Of a DNA stretch of 64,000 bases, positions 53,365 through 63,284 are shown piece by piece (positions within the stretch are counted from its first letter, which is position 1; the number at the start of each line of letters is the position of its first letter). Source of the DNA: an uncultured delta proteobacterium (GTDB lineage: Bacteria; Myxococcota; Myxococcia; Myxococcales; Myxococcaceae); contig CAVZMH010000019.1 in assembly GCA_963776345.1 (NCBI GenBank), positions 312,884 to 376,883 on the forward strand, written 5' to 3'. Made by a program: the position numbers and the translations under genes. The notes under the pieces are model-generated. The model was not told where the DNA came from. It saw only the letters and a list, made by a program, of their open reading frames with translations, and did not search any database.

Positions 53365-53726
53365 GGGGGCGCCCTGGTTTCGACGGGGGCACAGAAGCCC
53401 TTGGACGCGTGCCGAGTGGGCCTGACACTCGTAAATCACGAAGGCAACGACACAAAAGCCAACGACAACGTTGAGCTCGCGCTGGCTGCTTAAACAGTCC
53501 TAGTGCGCGGTCACCCGGGTCTCGGCCCGTGGGCTCGGGGATGACCGTCATAATGCGGGCTGGCCGTCCGGGAGGGCCCGGACCCTGGACGGCGAGATCC
53601 TTCCGGGATGGGGTGGATGGAAGGGTGTCCGTGCCCGTCCTTCGCCCGACTCCAAATCGCGGACTACGCACGTAGGGTCTCAGGGCAGAAGGCTTCCGGA
53701 CGCGGGTTCGATTCCCGCCGCCTCCA
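53365..53726 (+). ncRNA. ssrA: tmRNA; tag peptide (A)ANDNVELALAA* at 53458-53493
   Basis: 5' GGGGGCG...GGTTTCGAC; 3' T-arm GCGGG-TTCGATT-CCCGC and CGCCTCCA with a G3-U pair; tag ends in LAA. Confidence 0.97.
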
Positions 53727-53737
53727 CAATGAAGTCG

Positions 53738-53770
53738 AGCGGTTGCCGCGTTTTTCGGGCGGCAATCGCT
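53738..53770 (+). terminator. Hairpin immediately after ssrA
   Basis: AGCGGTTGCCGC / GCGGCAATCGCT, 12-bp stem with one G-U; no clear U-tract. Confidence 0.5.
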
Positions 53771-54300
53771 ATCCATTCGCTACGCGCTCGACGGAACGTC
53801 GCGGACTTGCGCGGGACGGAGCAGGTGCGGTTTGAACGGGCGGCCAGGTGGGAGCAAACCTATGGTCCTCTACCACCCCGTTGGACTCCAAGATCTTCGC
53901 CTCGTCCATGACGCGGAGATGAGCTGGGCCTGCACCCACCGGAGCGCGATCTCCGTCATGGCTCCAGAGACGACCGGCTGATCGAGCTGCTCTTCCAAAT
54001 GGCTAGCTGCGTCGGGTACTCGTTCGACCGAACCACGCTCCGAAACCGTTGGTACATTCCCGAAGCCTTCGGGACCATCGAGCGAGAGCAAGGAGCTCTT
54101 AGAACGAGTGCGCTCCAGGTCCTGATCGGAATCGCGCCATTCGGGTGTCAGCAGAGCCTTTCGATCCCAGAGGGTACGTCGAAGTGCCCCAGGGGCTGCT
54201 GCCGGGAGACAGCGAAGGCGGGGGCGTTCCCAAAGGGACTCGGGGCAGGCAGCGAGGGCACCGACGGCGGCTAGGATCGTCTTGACTAGGATCGGGTCCC

Positions 54301-54627
54301 ATGAACCTCTTGAACAGCGCCCGCGCAGCCTATGAGGAACTGGCGGAAACCCTGAGGCTGGAGAAGGCGAGGGCCAGCGAGGCTGGTCCGGACCACGACG
54401 TGGAGATGACGGCCTTCCTGGCAGGTGGCCACCAGTTCAAGGTCACGGGCATCGGCTACAAGGAGCACCACCTAATTCTCCTGTGGGAGCCGAGGGAGGA
54501 CGGCAGCGGCGAGGACCTGTACGCCGTGCATTACAGCCACGTGCAGATCGGCTTCCAGATCGTGTCCTCGGCGGTCCCCCAGCAGGCGGTTCCGAGCATC
54601 CTCAGGGGTGGCATCGCTCAGGCCTGA
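54301..54627 (+). CDS. Hypothetical protein, DUF6173-like
   Basis: Intact 108-aa ORF; KVTGIGY...LILLW...G....VHYSHVQI resembles DUF6173 from memory. Confidence 0.55.
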   Translation: MNLLNSARAAYEELAETLRLEKARASEAGPDHDVEMTAFLAGGHQFKVTGIGYKEHHLILLWEPREDGSGEDLYAVHYSHVQIGFQIVSSAVPQQAVPSILRGGIAQA

Positions 54628-54728
54628 CGCGCAGGGATGGGTTCGGCCCAACGGCTCGTGCGGGGAACGGCCCCGCATCGATCAAAGTAGCGACCCACCG
54701 GCCCGATCCATCAGAATTCCCGCCCCCT

Positions 54729-55529
54729 ATGGTGGACCTCTTCTACGCGGACGAGACGGCAGTTAGACCCGAGCAAGGTGACTTCTTCCTCTACGGTGGG
54801 GTCATCGTTCCGTCTGAGAAGGCCCGCGATCTGGATCTGGCCCTACGGGAGATCAACTTTGGTCTGGACGAGAGGATTCTACCCCTCAAGTGGAACGTCG
54901 AGGGGCTGACGCCGGAAGAGCGGAAGGTCCAGTTCAAGGGTTGCGAGGACTACCTAAGAGCGGCGGGGGAGCATGGTGCCCGGGTCAACTTCGTCGTGAT
55001 CTCCCACGCGATTCTCAACGCCAGCTTCAAGCGCGGATGGGCGATTGAACAGGTCATCAACGCCCTGCACAACTCCCTTCGAGGCGACAGACACTCCAAG
55101 CGGGTCGCGCTTGTGCTCATCGACACCTACGGATCCAAAGAAGAGGCCGAATCGCTGCGGACGTTGGCCGTCCGGTGCTTCATGAAGGGGACTTGGAAAG
55201 GCAGCTTCACGGTTGACCGGATCGTCGGCATCCACGAGGCGTATAGCGGCTCCTCCCACTTCAGCGGGCTGACCGACATCGCGATGAACGCGCTACGCCT
55301 AGTCGTGAACGAGAAGCAGAACCAGCAGCGGGCAGAGAAGTGGGCGAAGCTCATTCGTCCTATGTGCGAGCTGACCGAGATCCACGGGAAGGAGTACGTC
55401 CGGCTGGGCTCGGTTGAACCTCCGAAGGTGGAGTGGCCGGGATACCACCCTCTCTACAGGGACATGCTCGAACGGACAGCGAAGCTCGGCATTCCGCTCT
55501 ACCACCGGCTGTTGATCGACGAGCAATAG
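54729..55529 (+). CDS. DUF3800-like (RNase H-fold) protein
   Basis: N-terminal LFYADET...FFLYGGVIV, central LID, C-terminal S.FSGLTDI acidic motif. Confidence 0.7.
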   Translation: MVDLFYADETAVRPEQGDFFLYGGVIVPSEKARDLDLALREINFGLDERILPLKWNVEGLTPEERKVQFKGCEDYLRAAGEHGARVNFVVISHAILNASFKRGWAIEQVINALHNSLRGDRHSKRVALVLIDTYGSKEEAESLRTLAVRCFMKGTWKGSFTVDRIVGIHEAYSGSSHFSGLTDIAMNALRLVVNEKQNQQRAEKWAKLIRPMCELTEIHGKEYVRLGSVEPPKVEWPGYHPLYRDMLERTAKLGIPLYHRLLIDEQ

Positions 55530-56415
55530 GGCTGGGGCATTCGACACCAGTGATCACGCTAGGCGGTCGTGGCGTATCTGTGGCGTGACTTCGGACCGTC
55601 CCAGAAACCCGCAGCAACCTCAACGACCTGGTAGCGAGGAGTACAACACCCCGCTGGACGGGTCACCAGCGGTGCTACAGGTCTCGTTCGACTCGTGGGA
55701 GACGAGCGTACGGAGGGACAGTCCCTGGCGTCCGCGTCGTCCAGCGTTCCGGCTCCGGTCTGCATGCCGCCCGGCACCGAGCAAGCTCGCGGAGAGCCCT
55801 GGAACAGTGGCGCGCAAGATCCGAAAGAAGCTGCAGAGGTCGTCAGCGCACATCGGCGCAAAGCAGCCAATCACCGACGAGTCGAACTAGGCACGACGAG
55901 CGTTACGAGTCGAGGGTCTGAAGAGTCGTCCTGGCAATTGCAGTCTCCGCAAGAGCGCCGTCGGCACCTGCGGCGGTCGAACCCCACGCTGCTCCACGAT
56001 TGGCGGGGACACGGGAGAGGACTCCGGAGACGCCCCGGCAAGGAGAAGGGCATCAACAGATTTCCCATGCTTCGCATTCTCCGGGTGATTCTTCCGGAGG
56101 GCACGAAAGACCCGGGCAAGGCGGACTTCTTCGACCCCCTTAGTGTACTTCATGCCGACTCCTCGCACCACCGAGCCAACCACTTCCGCACCAGCGGGGG
56201 ATGGATGCATTCGCAACGGCTAGACAGCCGAGGTGAGGCGCGGAGCTGATGGTGTATGCCTGTCTCCGCCTAGCGCCTGAGTAGTTCTCGGGTTTGAATT
56301 GAAGGCATCACCCGAGCAGCTAAAGACAGTCAGCGCCGTTTCTCTTCGCTCCAGACACCATCTCTGATTTCGGGTGACCACAATTAAAGAACTCAAAGAA
56401 AGGGCGATATAAAAG

Positions 56416-57290
56416 ATGAAACGATTCATTCTCGCGGTCTGTGCCATCTTTGTCGTTGCCTGTGGCGGTTCCCCCTCTGCTCCACCTTCGGCGTCATGCC
56501 CCAGCACGAAGCCCGGGGTGTCCTGGGTATGTGGCGACGCCTGTGATTGCTTCATTCAGTAGCAATCCTGCCAGCCTGCCTGCTGGCGGCGGCGGGATCA
56601 CCCTGTCCTGGAATGTCAGCGGAGCCACGAGCGTCGACCTGTCTACCAATAGCGCCAGTCTTCCCACCCAATCTGGCCTCCCGGCGGCGGGCAGCAAGAC
56701 GGCGACTATTTCCGGGACGGTCACCTTCACTCTCTCGGCGACCAATGCCGGAGGCACTTCGACCTCTACCGTTACGGTTGCCGTCGCTCAGACGCCGCCC
56801 GACTATGGTGCGCAGTTTGTCGGTACCTGGGCGGGCCCATGGTGGATCTGCCCCGCCGCAACGTGCGGTGGGAACTCGGGTAACGTCGCCGTTCAGCTTG
56901 GCACCTGGACCGCCGTCATCACCGAGTCCGGCACCAACAACCTGGTCTTCAACAGCAGCTTCACCGACAACTCGGCTACGAGTGTTACCTGCACCAACGG
57001 TTACGTCGTCACCGCCGGTCCTGGCAACAGCAGCATCGTCAACGTTGCCGACAACTCCCCCAGCGTGGGCACTCTTAGCCTTCACGGGCACGTACTCCTG
57101 CGTCGCCACCGGCGTTGCTGCCCTCGGTGGACAGAACCTGAACGTCACCTTCACCGGCTGCGGGTGGGGCTCTCTTCGCCGACGGCACCATGGGAGATCG
57201 AGTACCAAGTCACCCAATCGTGCGCGGGCCAGTCGCAGATCGTCTACTACATCATCCAGCCGTTGGTTAAGCAGTCGGGGGCTTCCTATG
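56416..57290 (+). pseudogene. Frameshifted lipoprotein with Ig/PKD-like Thr/Ser-rich domain
   Basis: MKRFILAVCAIFVVAC lipobox; continues PVIASFS.NP...ITLSWNVSGATSV...FTLSATNAGG after shifts near 56509, 57076 and 57160-57192; 3' end approximate. Confidence 0.7.
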
Positions 57291-57584
57291 AGAACCATCA
57301 TCGGAAACTTCCTCAAGGGTACCGCCTTCCTTGGAATGGGCGTTGGGGTCCTGGTCGCGCTCATCGCAATCCTCAAGGGAGTCAATGAGCCCGTCGGTCG
57401 CCTTGGCCAGGAAGTCATCCTCTCGGGTGTCGGGGCGGGAGTCGGGATGGTCATCTCGTTCGCGACCCTCTACTGGATCATCGAATCGGTCGATGTCATC
57501 GCCCGCGCCTCGGCGTTGGTCGAGAAGAAGCTGCTGGAGCCGCAGGCGGCAGTCCAGCCGTCCGCGGACCTGAGAGCGGCCTAG
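57288..57584 (+). CDS. Small two-TM membrane protein
   Basis: MRTIIGNFLKG..., two hydrophobic helices, 98 aa. Confidence 0.65.
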   Translation: MRTIIGNFLKGTAFLGMGVGVLVALIAILKGVNEPVGRLGQEVILSGVGAGVGMVISFATLYWIIESVDVIARASALVEKKLLEPQAAVQPSADLRAA

Positions 57585-57614
57585 GCTAGATTCGGTAGAG
57601 CAATCGTAGCAACC

Positions 57615-57970
57615 GGTTCATTCCTGAGGGTCAGGCGGGTTCCTTCCCGCCCCTCAGGAACCTTCGGGGGCCAAGTGTGGTTAAGGGGCCCGCCAGCCGC
57701 GCATCATCCCGTTCGGTCGGCGCGACGGGGCGTGGACGCGACTGCGCTGACCTGAGTCTCTTTAAAGTCGGCTCCGGCGGACAGACTGCGGTCGCGTCTG
57801 CAAGGTCCGTGGTGGGAGAGGGAGGGAATCCGTCCACCGCGACCTAGTGGCAGTCCCGCATGCGCACATTCGAGGCATTAGGAGACCTCGCTACGCTAGA
57901 GGCCGCTGGAGGGGTGAAGAACCAGCCCGCCGGTCTACCGCCACAGGCATAACGGGCGGCTCCCACACTT
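57615..57970 (+). ncRNA. Candidate structured non-coding RNA (unassigned)
   Basis: Consecutive stems 57621-30/57651-60, 57735-45/57788-98 and 57804-16/57833-44, with G-U pairs that favour the + strand. Confidence 0.4.
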
Positions 57971-58003
57971 CTACGAGATGCGACTGATGAAAGGGAGAAA
58001 CAA

Positions 58004-58420
58004 ATGCAACGGATGTGGCGAACCGGCGTTCTAGCCCTTGGCGTTCTCACGCTGTTCGCCTGCGGCGGCTCGTCAAATTCGGCAGGCCAACTCATGCGCC
58101 ACCAAGGGCGCAACCTACCTCGCAACGTTCACGGAGGTTTCCGGGGAACCTGCGGGCCCGTTCCCTCTCAAGTGGTCAACGTCAACCCAGACGGGACAAT
58201 CACCGACCCGAACAACGAAACATGCGCAAGTGCGTACCAGCAGGGTTGCACGGCCACCAGAAACTCCTGCACCTGGTCCTCGCAGGGCTATAATTTCACC
58301 ATGACCAGCAGCGTGACCTTTGCTTCTGACGGGTCGTCCGCTTCCGGCGTTGTCACCTTGAGCGCCTCGGGTGCTGGGTCCTGCGCTGAGACTTACAACA
58401 TCTCGTATGTGAGGCAGTAG
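58004..58420 (+). CDS. Cys-rich lipoprotein (probable compensating frameshifts near 58085 and 58147)
   Basis: AAGGGAG SD, LTLFAC lipobox; the alternate frame gives ANSCATKGATYLATFTEVSG, which fits the protein better than the in-frame segment. Confidence 0.7.
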   Translation: MQRMWRTGVLALGVLTLFACGGSSNSAGQLMRHQGRNLPRNVHGGFRGTCGPVPSQVVNVNPDGTITDPNNETCASAYQQGCTATRNSCTWSSQGYNFTMTSSVTFASDGSSASGVVTLSASGAGSCAETYNISYVRQ

Positions 58421-58471
58421 GGCTAACGTGCGCGGCCTACTTCGGCGGGCGGCTAGCGGAACACTGCCCGG

Positions 58472-59127
58472 CTAACCCATTTCCGCGATGCGGTCGCGAA
58501 TCCAGGTTCGCTGCTCGGCCCCTTCGCCGAGTGGAATCACCCGCGCGCGCTCCATCTCACTCACCGCTCGGAGATATGTCTGGTGGAGCGCCTCTCCTGA
58601 GAGGCCCAAGAGCCCCCGGTAGACGTGGTGTCGCCCAGAGGCAAGCATGTCGCCAGCGATCTCGCGAACGCAAAGCCACACGACGGTGCGCGGAGACGAA
58701 TCAACCGGACGAGGTTCGCTGTGTTCACGGGTTCATGTGTGAGCTTCCCCCTCGCATATTCAAACACTTCATCCGGTGTTCCCACCTCGCGCAGTCTTCC
58801 TTCACTGTGTCGATCTCAGCCAGGCAAGCCTTGACGATGTCCTTCTCAGACATCCGGCTCGGGGGGAGCGCCGGAGGACTCTTTGGCTTGAGCGACTCAA
58901 GGAGCGTGCTGACGAGGGCCACGATGGCCAGAGCCAGCGGCTGACCAAAGTAGAAGAGCACGACCGACGCTATGGCCGCTGGCCGGGAATGACCAGAACC
59001 ACCAGACGACCCCGATGATCACCGTCTCGATCACACCTATCCACCGGAGTGGAGAGGGCGCGAAGATCTGCACGGCCGTCGATATGAAGAACCCGACAGC
59101 CACCGCTACGGCGATCCAGTACCACAT
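58472..59127 (-). pseudogene. Membrane protein split over four ORF fragments
   Basis: MWYWIAVAV TM helices, then LFYFGQPLAL, then VGTPDEVFEYARG, then SGRHHVYRGLLG...IRDRIAEMG; AGGA SD before the ATG. Confidence 0.6.
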
Positions 59128-59158
59128 GCCAGGAATCCTCCCGCTGATCGCTCTGCGA

Positions 59159-59411
59159 TTATCGGTATTGGTCCGACTCTGGCCCTGGATGCGCGGCGAA
59201 ATAGGCTCGCTCGCATTCGATAAACTCGGCTCCGGCGTCGACGTGACGGCACTCCGGCGGCGGCAGATGGTATCCCTTGCCGGTCGCGACGTTGAGTCCC
59301 TTGAGGACAGCCTTCAGGTTCCGCTTGTACGCCCCGCTGAAACACGCTGAAGACGATCAGGGCACCAAACACCAGGACAAAGCCGAGGACCAGTCGCAAG
59401 AAGGCGCGCAC
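59159..59411 (-). pseudogene. Small exported protein with one +1 frameshift
   Basis: MRAFLRLVLGFVLVFGALIVFSV, then after an extra base in the A run near 59341 it reads FSGAYKRNLKAVL...ECERAYFAAHPGPESDQYR*. Confidence 0.55.
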
Positions 59412-59952
59412 GGTTGTGAAGGCTACTTCAACGGAGCCTGACCAACACGAATCTTGCCAGGATGACCGAAGGTACCCACACCACCCTCGTTCTCAATCCG
59501 GCTGATTAGAACCAGCTCTCTGTCCGCCTTGAATTTTCGCTCCAGTCCCCCGAGTGGTCAGGGCGCTCGCGCTCACTGAGCCGCACGAGCGCGGAGGTGA
59601 GTCGTTTCGGATGGGCCAGCTACGGCAGAGTCGGGCGTCACGCCCCGGCGAAACAGCACCGAGGAGCGGGAGCGCCCTTGGCTGAATTCGAGGAGAGCGG
59701 TCTGTAGCAGAAGGAGTCCACCTAGAGGCCTCGCCGCGCAGCCGCACAGGGTGCTCGCTGCCTGTAGTCCGCAGTCGAGGATGGGTAAGGCGCACCGCCG
59801 ATTCAGGTGGCTGAGTTCCGTTTGACCCAGCCCGTTCCCCACGAAATCGGAGCCTTTGCGTCCGGTACAGAGGGTGCAGTCAAAGTTGACCAAGTGGGCT
59901 CGCGGAAGGTGTGCGCGGGCCGTTCACTCTCTAGACCGACGACTAGGACCCA

Positions 59953-61022
59953 ATGAAGACTCTGATCGCCACCCTGCTTCTCACCCTCTCCCTGGTCCCG
60001 GGCGCTGCCCTGGCCGCTCCCGGAGTCGGCGAGAAGGCTTGCTTCCGAGTCCGGGCCCAATTTCCCACGCCTGACGAGATGGGCAACGCGGACCGCTCGC
60101 ACGTCACGCCTGCGTCCGTTTCTGCTTCATCCTCTACACCCCGGACCAGAACACCGCTCAGTTCTCCCTGTTCCAGCAGGCCGGGACGGCCCCGTACGTC
60201 TCGTACAAGCTCGACGCTTCTCCTCTGACGGCGGACGACAACAGCAAGCACATGCTGGCCCAGTGGGCGGCCAACTCGGCGAACTACAGCGAAGAACACA
60301 ACACCGGTTCCGGGGAGTATCTCGGTGTCCAGCGCTGGGAGAACGGGACTACGCGCGTGTTCGTCTCCCTGTTCCAGCCCGGCAAGGCTCGCGGCGTGTA
60401 GAAGTGTGGTTCAACGCGGCCGGGCAGCAGATTCCCAGCTCGTCCAGCAAGCCTGTTGCTCCCAAGCCTGTTGCTCCCAAGACCATCCCTCCCCTCCAGC
60501 CTTCCCCAGGTGCTCTAATGAGGATTCCAACCGACATACTGCCCAGAGTGCTCTTCTGACAAATCCTCTATCGTTCACCGCGAACGTTGCATGGTGTTCA
60601 ACCCGGACGACGAGACCACCTTCCCTGGCGTGACCGATGATGCGCGACGCCAGAACTACAACCAGTTCTGGAAGACGACCTCGCTTGGTGAGAAGATTCA
60701 GATGATGTGGGGTTGGGGCATCATCAAAGATATGTTCACGCAGCAAGTCTGGTGGAAAGACAAGCGTCTTACGACGGGCAATTGGGAGATAAACGAACGC
60801 GCCAGAATCGAGGCTGAGGTCATGGAGCGCAAGCGCCAGAAAGAGACCAAGGCGAAGGCAGAGGGGGAACTTGCACGTCAGCAAGAAGAGAGGGCAGAGC
60901 TTTCCTTACGGCTGAAAGAGGCGGTCGCCGCCGACGACACCGCTCAGGAGATCGAGCTTCGTCTCCAGATCGCGCGCTTGGACAAGGGGGCGGTCGCCAA
61001 GCCGCCGTGCGCTGGAGCGTGA
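59953..61022 (+). pseudogene. Exported protein with C-terminal coiled coil, about 3 frameshifts
   Basis: Signal peptide MKTLIATLLL...; continues RFCFILYTPDQN...YLGVQRWENG, VEVWFNAAG, CPECSSD...MVFNPDDE... in successive frames; 15-bp tandem repeat at 60448-60477. Confidence 0.6.
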
Positions 61023-61412
61023 ACGTGTCGCTGCCATTCGACGGGCGCGGTTCCTGCGCGCGGCCACCGGCTACGGTGGTGCGCGAATACCCCATCGGCT
61101 CGAACGATAAGCCGTCCACGGGAATACGCCCGTCAGCCTCCGTCTGCTCCCCAGGGCCCCATCACGGACGTCTCGCGTTTCTCGGCTACAATGTTCTCAT
61201 TGGGAGTCCTTGGCGCTGCTTCTTTTGGCGAGCACCCCATTCTCGCCGTAATTGGGCTCCCCTCCTGCTACTGGAACATCGGACAAGCGCGACTCCAGAA
61301 CATCGGTTGGAATTCGGGCTTGACGTGGCTCTGGACCCTGGGCTGCTGTGTGCCGCTCCTGAATCTCATTCTTGGGCTGTCACTTCTCTTCACGCCTGGC
61401 AAGTCGGCATGA
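61019..61412 (+). pseudogene. DUF805-like membrane protein, frameshifted
   Basis: GRLAFLGYNVLI, then a +1 shift to ...ARLQNIGWNSG...VPLLNLILGLSLLFTPG; start uncertain. Confidence 0.55.
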
Positions 61413-61776
61413 CCATCCAAGTGAGCGAGAAACGGCACAGGCGACATCATCCGAGTCCTGGATTTCGTTCGTGGACTGATTGGAAGCGCCCCCGAGTGCC
61501 CCAGGTAGCAACCGTGAAGGCCGACGGGGAGGGTCGGGTAATGCTCATCCTCGGTCTTGTCGTCCTCGGCCTCGGCATCATCTGGGCCATCAACGCTAAC
61601 GGCTAGGCCGCGCGCGACCAAGCTTCGCATGCTGCCTACATGATGCGCAGCCACAATCCTAACCCCTACAACGCGCCGGAGCCCGGGGACCCAGGCTACG
61701 AGCCCGCCTATCGCGCGGTGTATGGCGACCGGCTGTGGGAGAAATACGGCAAGCACGCGAAGCCGGACGACAGGTA

Positions 61777-62079
61777 ATGATTGTCGTTGCCCTGTTGGCC
61801 GCCAGTCTCATAAGCAATGCCCCCGTCTGCCACCTTAGACGGGACGCCCGAGGCCACATCGCCCGATTACGCGACGCACATCGGCGCTTCGTGGCCACCC
61901 ACCCCTGTCCAGCCACGGGACGCCCCTACGGCTCCTGTCCCGGCTACGTGGTGGACCACGTGTGTCCGCTCGCGTGCTGTGGCCGGGACGATCCCAGCAA
62001 TATGCAGTGGCAGCCAACGGCCGAAGGGAAACGGAAGGACGCATGGGAACTCAACTGCTCCACGTGTGCGCCCCGATAA
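61777..62079 (+). CDS. Small HNH-motif protein with signal-like N-terminus
   Basis: RDARGHI...HPCPATG...CPGYVVDHVCPLACCGRDDPSNMQWQ...KDAWE. Confidence 0.75.
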   Translation: MIVVALLAASLISNAPVCHLRRDARGHIARLRDAHRRFVATHPCPATGRPYGSCPGYVVDHVCPLACCGRDDPSNMQWQPTAEGKRKDAWELNCSTCAPR

Positions 62080-62101
62080 TTGCCATGGTTTTCCTAAGAC
62101 C

Positions 62102-62395
62102 ATGAAGCTCTTCAAGAACGGCTTCTTCTGGCTCTGCGTCGGGTCCGCACTTGTGGCGCTGTCCATAGTCAGCATCGCCTTCTCGCCGCCCTCTCCCCAG
62201 AACGTCTGTCAGCACCTCGTGAAGCTAGGCGAGGTCCAGCCCCGGGATAGGAACCCCGACGACTACTTGGATTGCGTAGCCGTCCTCCAAAGGCAACCTC
62301 AGAAGGTTGGTCAGGACCATTGGAAGAAGTTCGCCCGGTGCACGATGGACAGCACCAGCCTTCGGCAGTGGCAGTACGAGTGCGGCGATTTGTAA
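62102..62395 (+). CDS. Small membrane-anchored Cys-rich protein
   Basis: N-terminal TM, then VCQHL...DCV...RC...EC. Confidence 0.65.
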   Translation: MKLFKNGFFWLCVGSALVALSIVSIAFSPPSPQNVCQHLVKLGEVQPRDRNPDDYLDCVAVLQRQPQKVGQDHWKKFARCTMDSTSLRQWQYECGDL

Positions 62396-62436
62396 GGACG
62401 ATGGCCTTCTTTCTATCGGCTGGGATTCCAAGTGCA

Positions 62437-63027
62437 TCATCGTGAACGAACGATTTGAGGCAGACGGCCTCTGTTCGCTGCGAAGGCTGCCTCCACTACA
62501 TCAGTCACCATCTGCTGGACGCGCGTCGAGGCCCAGCCACGAACATCGCTGGTCATGACGACATCGGACGCAGAGTTGTCGTAGAAGACGACGTGAGCCA
62601 AATGGCCTCGAATCGGTGCGTCGTCGGTGAGTGTGACTTGGGCCGACACTCTGACACGCTCGATGCCGCTGTCGTCTTCCCATGGGTCCGACGCCCACAC
62701 GAATATTTGGAAGCCTGAGCAGTCGGTCTTGCATCCACCCGGCGTCTTCCACTCCACTGTCGAGAAACCACTGCCCGCCGCTGTCTTGCTGACAAGGTCG
62801 GCAATGACGTGGTCCGTTAGCCCGTGCTTCTGGAGGTCCGGGTCCACTACGGTCCTGACCGAGAACTTCTTCAACCCGACTAGGGCCTCTCTCGTCCAGG
62901 AGTTCGAGTCCCAGGTGTCACGGTCGGCTGCGGCAGCGACGCCACTGGTAAGCGCCAGAGCTAAAACGAGCGCTTGAATCGTCAGAGATAGGCAACTTCG
63001 TGTTTGCCTTTTCTCCCTCAGCATCAT
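62437..63027 (-). CDS. Putative exported protein
   Basis: Signal-like ALVLALALTSGVAAA; intact ORF; start could be 63081. Confidence 0.6.
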   Translation of the reverse strand: MMLREKRQTRSCLSLTIQALVLALALTSGVAAAADRDTWDSNSWTREALVGLKKFSVRTVVDPDLQKHGLTDHVIADLVSKTAAGSGFSTVEWKTPGGCKTDCSGFQIFVWASDPWEDDSGIERVRVSAQVTLTDDAPIRGHLAHVVFYDNSASDVVMTSDVRGWASTRVQQMVTDVVEAAFAANRGRLPQIVRSR

Positions 63028-63077
63028 CCTGCAGAGTGAGGGCGTGAATCGACTACTGCGCAGGGTGACCTGGGCTT

Positions 63078-63284
63078 TCATTGCCTCGTGCCCTTCTTGC
63101 CGGTGTATGGGTTGACGTTCCCGTTAGTAGACCAGTTATCCCCCTTGGTGTGATTGGGGTTGGTTTGACGGTGCGATCCGACCAGCGTCCCACGCCTAGT
63201 CACATACGTCCGAACTGAGTGGCTTCCGACAGCGAAGGCTGGGGTAGCTACCAGTAGGAGTACGGATACGAGTTTTAGGTGCAT
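63078..63284 (-). CDS. Small secreted basic protein of the 'VRxYxxxxGTxV...NVNPYTGKKGT' family
   Basis: Signal peptide plus SVRTYVTRRGTLVGSH...DNWSTNGNVNPYTGKKGT, a motif I associate with mobile elements. Confidence 0.75.
   Translation of the reverse strand: MHLKLVSVLLLVATPAFAVGSHSVRTYVTRRGTLVGSHRQTNPNHTKGDNWSTNGNVNPYTGKKGTRQ

Noticed and set aside
55530..56240. Several short overlapping ORFs, also at 53780-54270 and 59490-59900
   Set aside because: No recognisable motif or consistent frame; may be heavily frameshifted genes, but I cannot support a call.
57675..57965. Resemblance to pistol ribozyme, raiA motif or c-di-GMP-I riboswitch
   Set aside because: Only short sub-motifs match (GTGGTTAAG, GCCGGTCTA); the other conserved elements are missing, so the element was left unassigned.
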